64,000 nucleotides of DNA, from NCBI GenBank assembly GCA_030141605.1, contig JAQGDQ010000162.1, positions 372,001-436,000 of the forward strand, in the 5' to 3' direction. This DNA is from Tubiluchus corallicola. Its lineage: Eukaryota; Animalia; Priapulida. A program made the translations under genes and the position numbers. Shown piece after piece: positions 57,543 through 64,000 of this stretch. Position 1 is the first letter of the stretch. Every line of letters starts with the position of its first letter. The notes beneath the pieces were generated by a model. That model had not been told where the DNA came from and did not search any database. It saw only the letters and a program-made list of their open reading frames with translations.

Positions 57543-60500
57543 ATGAGAAGCCATAGTGGTATGATGGTGGTTACTTTCATTGTTATCTTGCTTTGCTGTA
57601 TTTTTCCAGCTAGAATAGACGGACGAAGCTCTTCGCCAGTAGTAAATATATGTAAGCGGGAATATTATTTTTCTTTTTTGTATCCATCCATCCGTCCGTC
57701 CGTCCGTCCGTCCGTCCGTCCGTCCGTCCGTCCGTTCGTCCGTCCATCCATCCATCCATCCATCCATCCATCCATCCATCCATCCATCCATCCATCCATC
57801 CATCCATCCATCCATCCATCCATCCATCCATCCATCCATCCATCCATCCATCCATCCATCTACACCTGTAGCATATAGTGTTTATATTTGATAACTGGTA
57901 CAATATTTGGTCTTTACAAAATTTCATCAACGCTTATGATGAAAGGCAAGTTTTTAAATCTTTGATACCCCTGTTGTACCTTTTTAAAACGTTCCTTGTA
58001 CAAACCCAATTTCAACAGAAAACAAGTACAGCTCGCTTAGAGAATTTCTTTTTCATGTGATTCACAGCTAAATTATCTAAATTTAATATGATGTTGTTAT
58101 GCGCCACCTGACTGCCTGCTTCTATTTAAACATCTAAGCAATCGGCAGCACAAGTTGTGGGTGTTCCACTTACGTCTTGTGACTTTGGACTAGAAAAACG
58201 GGACTACATAGGAGTCAATATTTCCTCTTGGGGATTTTACGTTTGTTTCAATTTTACTTATTTGACATGGAAGCGAATACATATGTGGTCTATAATTATT
58301 ATATTATAGTATATAATCGATAACTAGCTAATATATTAGCGATTCGCTTTTATTATTTTTGTGCAAGGAGTTCAATATTAACCTGCACGAATTGAAAGTT
58401 CAGTCAATACCAGTCGATATTCCCGTCTATGTACCACCAATTTTGAAGTATTGCTTCTCCTAATCGTAAAAGAAGTCAAAATGCCCATAAATCTCAATTT
58501 TTTTTTACTTTTTCAGGAGGTTTCGTCCTCACGAACTTGATCAGCTGCACAGAGAGATACAATAATAAAAATTTACACATGAAATTAGCTATAAAATGAA
58601 GGTATGCAATGTCAGTAAAATTATGGATACAGACAGCATGAAGAGGTTAAATTAAAACTAAATTAAAAGAAGAAGTAAAATTACTAATTAAGAAAACAAA
58701 ATTACATTGACAAACCTACCTGACATCCAATAGATTTCAGTATATTCTAATTTTTGTTTCCAAAGAAATCTTCCTATTCTCAAAAACTTTTGTGAGTTTC
58801 GAGTAAGCTGATAATGCCATTATCTTCCGTCTTGATATGTCTCTTAATGAACACCATATGCTTGCAAGGTCTAAGGTGCGTTAGTTGAACAAATATTGAA
58901 CAAAATTGATGTGAGATATAATTCAGCCTGTTCATGCTTTTTGTATCCATAATTTTACTGACATTGCGCACCTTTATTTTATATGTAGTTTCTTCTGTAT
59001 TTTTTATTATTGCAGCTTTCTATGCAGCGACGAAGAACTGAAAAAATAAAGAATTTTTGGGCATATTGGCTCCTTCTTTTACGATTATGACTATGGCAGG
59101 TCTCACAAACGCACTATCTGATTTTCAAGATTATTGCTTTTCCTGGTTAAGTGGCTGGAAGCGAATAAATATTTCTCAGTATTCAGAAGTCCGGTCAAGT
59201 CGTCATCGAGACAAACTTCTTTACGACTTATAATATTTCGTTTTATATCCTACTTAGGTCAAACCATGCACTTTGAAATTTCAGGTATCATTTTTGATCA
59301 GACTGCTAATATTTCACAAGAAAGTTTGGAACAAATCGTCAACAGAACCCGAGAATTTACCAACCCACGAATGAGAGCGTCTTACTTTAAAGTGGACAAC
59401 TCAAAAAAGTGGACCGCGTTGGACCAAACAGGTTGCTGAATTACAATGATTGTTAATGAATATTCAGTTATAGCCACACTATGAAAAATTTACTTTAGTT
59501 ACTTGAATAATAGTTCACAGTATTGGAAAATAACTTGGTCAGTATAGCTATGTGCTTGAATCCGTGACATTAATACTCGCTAAAATGTTCGAAACATTTT
59601 TCGGGCGGAGCAGTCCACGGATAAGAAGCCCGAAAGAAAAAACTGGACATTTATAATTTTTTAGTATCTGTGAATGTCCGGGAAAAGGATGTTAGAAGTA
59701 ACAGAAGGGCGTGGACTACGACAACGTTTTAGGTCGGCGTTTAGGAACCAGTAAGGAGATGTCCAAAGAACATATGCATTAGAATGAGGGCCAAAAGAGA
59801 CTTAAAAAAACTTATGACAAGCAGAGAATTGCAGTGGTGACCCTCCCCCCTCCAAGTTAGACCCAATCAGATTGACAGTATGATTTTGCAAGCTGTCAAT
59901 TGGGTTGAGGTAACAAGTTGAGGCACCAACAGAAATGTGACTGCAGTATATTTGCAGTTTTTTATATTAATTTAAAATTGTACAGCCCATGCGTTTACGT
60001 GACTCATATGCCTTTGTTTTCATTTTACTAACGTAATCAAGCAAAATAGGCAAACGTAGGTAATTTATATTTAACATTTCAGTAACTCGGCTAAATGCGT
60101 CTGGTAGTCTGGTAGGTTTGCTATCAATCACGTCGTGCTCCGTCCTGGCAACACTAGAACTGCTAGCTGAGAACTATGGTCTTCCTCATCTAGCTCTGTA
60201 CACAGGTTACTGCTCATTAAAAACTACGCCAAGAAATGGAGGTTTGCGAATCTATGATTTGTTAAAAAACATGTAGTTTTTTGTATGATACCCGATTTTG
60301 AAGTACGGTAAAAGGCACACATTTTAACACGTATAATAAATGCCAAAGCGTTTTTGATAATTAATGTGCTAAAAACGTAATTAACAGCGGCGAGCCCAAC
60401 TAGTGATGACATCATAAGTGAACATAATTTTCAACAGTGCAAACATTCCACGAGCGTGTTGCACGCGTTTTCGAAAGCAAAAATTGAAGTACACTGCTAT

Positions 60501-63090
60501 TGTACAACAGAAAAACTCGACGAATTTTAGGTTTAAAATTCAAATTACAAGTTTACTCACGTGCTCTTGAATTTGTGTACTATATCTACATCACAACCGA
60601 GCACCACTGAACTGAGAGGTAGAGCACCAATTTTTTGTGCAACACGTTTCTGAAGTGCAGGCGCTAGAACCCGTTTAAATAGCGAACGGTGGGATGCATG
60701 AAATAACGAAGAATTAGCCGTACGAAAGCGAGATTGTTTTTCTGTGGCAATAATTTTCTCACGTTAAGCCATTCTTTAAAAATAGTAGGTCAATGTGCTT
60801 TTTCAAAATTTCGTAGGGTAAACTGTTTTGAGTCATAGTTTAATGTTTTAAATGGTGGTCCGATTTTCCTTTAAGCGCTAGGTTTCATCTTAGACCTACG
60901 CTAGTTTTTCTAATTTCTTTCCTTCAATAATCTGACAATGTCAATGGTTTCTTGGAGAACTTGATCATAGCTCAAATCATGGGTGCTGTAATAATTGTTA
61001 GGCACCCGAAGATTTATCTGCAAGATTGCTAATTGCAAGAACCGTTTAACTGGATTCAGCTTGCTAGAACTGAATCTTGATTTTCTGACAGCAAAGCTTT
61101 AGAAGAAAACTATTAGCCACCATGTTGTCTTAACCATAGTTCTAACCAAAGGCTTAACTGCAGTGAACAGTTTTTACTTTCAGGGTTTACTCTCAGCTTG
61201 AGACCACATTTCAAGCACTTGAGCCAAGCTCTAATGAAAGTCTTTACTGATTCTAGAGACTGGGAGAAAGTTGTTTTACTTTATGACAGTCAAGGTAGAA
61301 GTACTTTAAAATAATAATTCTATATTCATGTCTGTACTGCATTCTCTAGTCACATCTGCACTGCATTTTGCATTCACTTCTATACTACATTCTACGTTCA
61401 CATCTGTCCCGCATTCTATATTCACTTCTGTACTACATTCTACGTTCACATCTGTCCCGCATTCTATATTCACTTCTATACTACATTCTATGTTCACATC
61501 TGTCCCGCATTCTATATTCACTTCTGTACTACATTCTATGTTCACATCTGTCCCGCATTCTATATTCACTTCTGTACTACATTCTATGTTCACATCTGTC
61601 CCGCATTCTATATTCACTTCTGTACTACATTCTATGTTCATATCTGCACTGCATTCTATATTCACTTCTGTACTACATTCTATATTCACATCTGTACTGC
61701 ATTCTATATTCATATCTGTACTACATTCTATATTCATATCTGTACTACATTCTATATTCATATCTGTACTACATTCTATATTCATATCTATATTTACTTC
61801 TGTACTACATATTCACATCTGTACTACATTCTATGTTCACATCTGCACTAAATTCCATATTCATGTATGTTTAATGATTAGTAAACATCTCTCAAACGAC
61901 TTTTAAAAAAGAGCAAGTTTTTTTTGTTAATAATGTTTCACACTTTTGCTTCATAGGGGACGTATTTTGGTGATTTATTGCATGAAAATTTGTTTCGTCT
62001 GCAAGTCTGTCTTTGTCTGTTCTTTCGTTTGCTTATTTCATGTGTATACGTTCATTCATTCATTCGTTCGTTTGTTCGTTCTTTCGTTCATTCGTTCGTT
62101 TGTTCATTCATTCATTCGTTTGTTCGTTCGTTTGTTCGTTCTTTCGTTCATTCGTTCGTTCGTTCGTTCGTTCGTTCGTTCGTTCGTTCGTTCGTTCGTT
62201 CGTTCGTTCGTTCGTTCGTTCGTTCGTTCGTTCGTTCATTCATTCATTCATTCATTCATTCATTCATTCATTCATTCATTCATTCATTCATTCATTCATT
62301 CATTCATTCATTCATTCATTCATTCATTCATTCATTAACTCCTTCCTTCATTCGTTCGTTCGTTCATTCATTCATTCGTTCATTCATTCATTCATTAATT
62401 CATTCTTTTATTCGTTTATTGATCCATCCATCCATGCATTCATCCGTTTATTCATTCATTCATTCATTCATTCATTCATTCATTCATTCATTCATTCATT
62501 CATTCATTCATTCATTCATTCATTCATTCATTCAAGTCCTGATCTCAATTAAGCCGTGGAGGTGTCTCAAGAAAATATATCCTTCTTCTACGAGTTAAAT
62601 AGCTTGAATCGGTATAACAATCAGTGAATGAAACTACAATCAAACAAAAGCAGTCACCAGTCAGCTCAGTGAACAACTTTAGCATTGCTTAACTTCTATC
62701 GTGACCACTCAGCTACATATCACGCTTCGTGCATGCATTGATTCATTCGAGCAAGTTATAGTGTTCAATTCACACATCCTCACGTACATACACCCCCACC
62801 CAGTCCCTCACTCACTTACGCTACCTTTTACCAAGTCGCATCACATAACGCACGTCACCTATTGTCACACATCACTCGTTAACTCTCTCACCATTTCAGG
62901 TTACGAAGTTCTGCGTTACATACTTCCCGTAATTTCTCGAGACAACACTAAGTTTTCCATGTGGAGTGTGAGAGAAGGGGAGGGAATCATGAAAAACTTC
63001 AGCGAAATTCTAGGCGATGTTTACAGCTCACTAGCAGACTTCATCTATGTCTCATCCGACGTGAACTTATTCATGAATTTTCTTCAAAAG
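57543..63090 (+). CDS. Ionotropic glutamate receptor, 5' part: signal peptide and amino-terminal domain, delta(GluD)-like; continues beyond the window (exons 57543-57651, 59285-59431, 60083-60205, 61184-61294, 62900-63090)
   Basis: Phase-compatible GT-AG exons: VVNICIIFD..., [50 protein letters not shown]...[12 protein letters not shown], matching iGluR ATD motifs (IPHL, YTL..RP, W.K....YDS). Confidence 0.78.
57682..57860. repeat. (GTCC)n(ATCC)n microsatellite
   Basis: Directly visible. Confidence 0.96.
58460..59090. mobile_element. Long inverted repeat (arms about 58460-58652 and 58921-59090) enclosing an RTE-like LINE fragment
   Basis: TAATCGTAAAAGAAG and GCAATGTCAGTAAAATTATGGATAC pair with their reverse complements; the spacer reads (minus, frameshifted) [26 protein letters not shown]. 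Confidence 0.72.
60275..60874 (+). mobile_element. MITE family B copy
   Basis: TTTTGAAGTACGGTAAAA, GTGTTGCACG.GTTT..AAAGCAAAAATT; terminus GATTTTCCT|TTAA. Confidence 0.75.
61318..61866. repeat. 24-bp minisatellite with a 48-bp higher-order alternation
   Basis: Units TCTATATTCACTTCTGTACTACAT / TCTATGTTCACATCTGTCCCGCAT alternate; starts about 25 bp after an exon donor. Confidence 0.93.
62050..62533. repeat. (TTCG)n/(TTCA)n microsatellite
   Basis: Directly visible. Confidence 0.96.
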
Positions 63091-63455
63091 GTATTGACCT
63101 TAAAGTTGTTTGAATCAGGAGAATCTTTTATTTAACGTTTGTCCTACAAAGATTAGCTGTTTCGTCCTATGTAGTTCGAAAGATCCTAAAGTACGAAAAT
63201 AAAGGTTGAGGTTTTATTAATGTGTGTAAGTTACCTTTTAGGTAAAGTTTCTAGCCTATATTTACAATAATCTTACGTTACAAAATCAAATTGAATGTTG
63301 AAACAAAATACCATTTGAATCGAATTTTCGAATTTAATTTAAGCCTTTATTTCAGAATTTCTTCTACAAAAAACAGCAGTTAAAACGTACAAAATAAAAG
63401 AAAAACAATATTACATAAAAAGCGCGAGTGCGTTTTAAAAACATCTAAAAACTCG

Positions 63456-63793
63456 TATCCTATCCTATCCTATCCTATCCTATCCTATCCTATCCTATCC
63501 TATCCTATCCTATCCTATCCTATCCTATCCTATCCTATCCTATCCTATCCTATCCTATCCTATCCTATCCTATCTTGCCTTGCCTTGCCTTGCCTTGCCT
63601 TGCCTTGCCTTGCCTTGCCTTGCCTTGCCTTGCCTTGCCTTGCCTTGCCTTGCCTTGCCTTGCCTTGCCTTGCCTTGCCTTATCTTATCCTATCCTATCC
63701 TATCCTATCCTATCCTATCCTATCCTATCCTATCCTATCCTATCCTATCCTATCCTATCCTATCCTATCCTATCCTATCCTATCCTATCCTAT

Positions 63794-63825
<32 letters not shown>

Positions 63826-64000
63826 TATCTTATCTTATCTTATCTTATCTTATCTTATCTTTTCTTATCTTATCTTATCTTATCTTATCTTATCTTATCT
63901 TATCTTATCTTATCTTATCTTATCTTATCTTATCTTATCTTATCGTACCTTATCGTACCTTATCGTACCTTATCTTATCTTATCTTATCTTATCTTATCT
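63456..64000. repeat. Pentamer array (TATCC)n(TTGCC)n(TATCC)n(TATCT)n
   Basis: Directly visible; runs to the window end. Confidence 0.97.

Noticed and set aside
61306-62598. Several 130-206 aa ORFs
   Set aside because: Products of the 24-bp minisatellite and TTCA/TTCG tracts in an iGluR intron.

Overview
AT-rich, intron- and microsatellite-rich animal (invertebrate-like) genomic DNA; most long ORFs in the supplied track are translated simple repeats, and the real genes only appear when GT-AG exons are joined by hand. Left to right: (1) a predicted secreted VWC + 2x LDL-receptor class A protein (+); (2) an intact 3-exon NNMT/PNMT/TEMT-family methyltransferase (-) with two decayed tandem copies; (3) a 6-exon, 267-aa gene (-, 16035-20111), mostly invisible in the ORF track, whose N-terminal half resembles the MLKL four-helix-bundle/brace executioner domain but which has no pseudokinase, preceded by a repeat that multiplies a composite STAT(GAS)/NF-kB motif; (4) a 16-exon GABA-B-like class C GPCR (+) with an altered ligand pocket and short tail, plus an inverted decayed copy of one of its exons; (5) two intronless rhodopsin-family GPCR paralogs (-) lacking the TM3 cysteine; (6) the 5' part of an ionotropic glutamate receptor with a delta-like amino-terminal domain (+). 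Introns and intergenic DNA hold TTAA-flanked MITE families, a pogo/Tigger deletion derivative, Penelope-like and LINE remnants, fold-back hairpins and minisatellites. All family calls are by eye from remembered motifs; no search was run.
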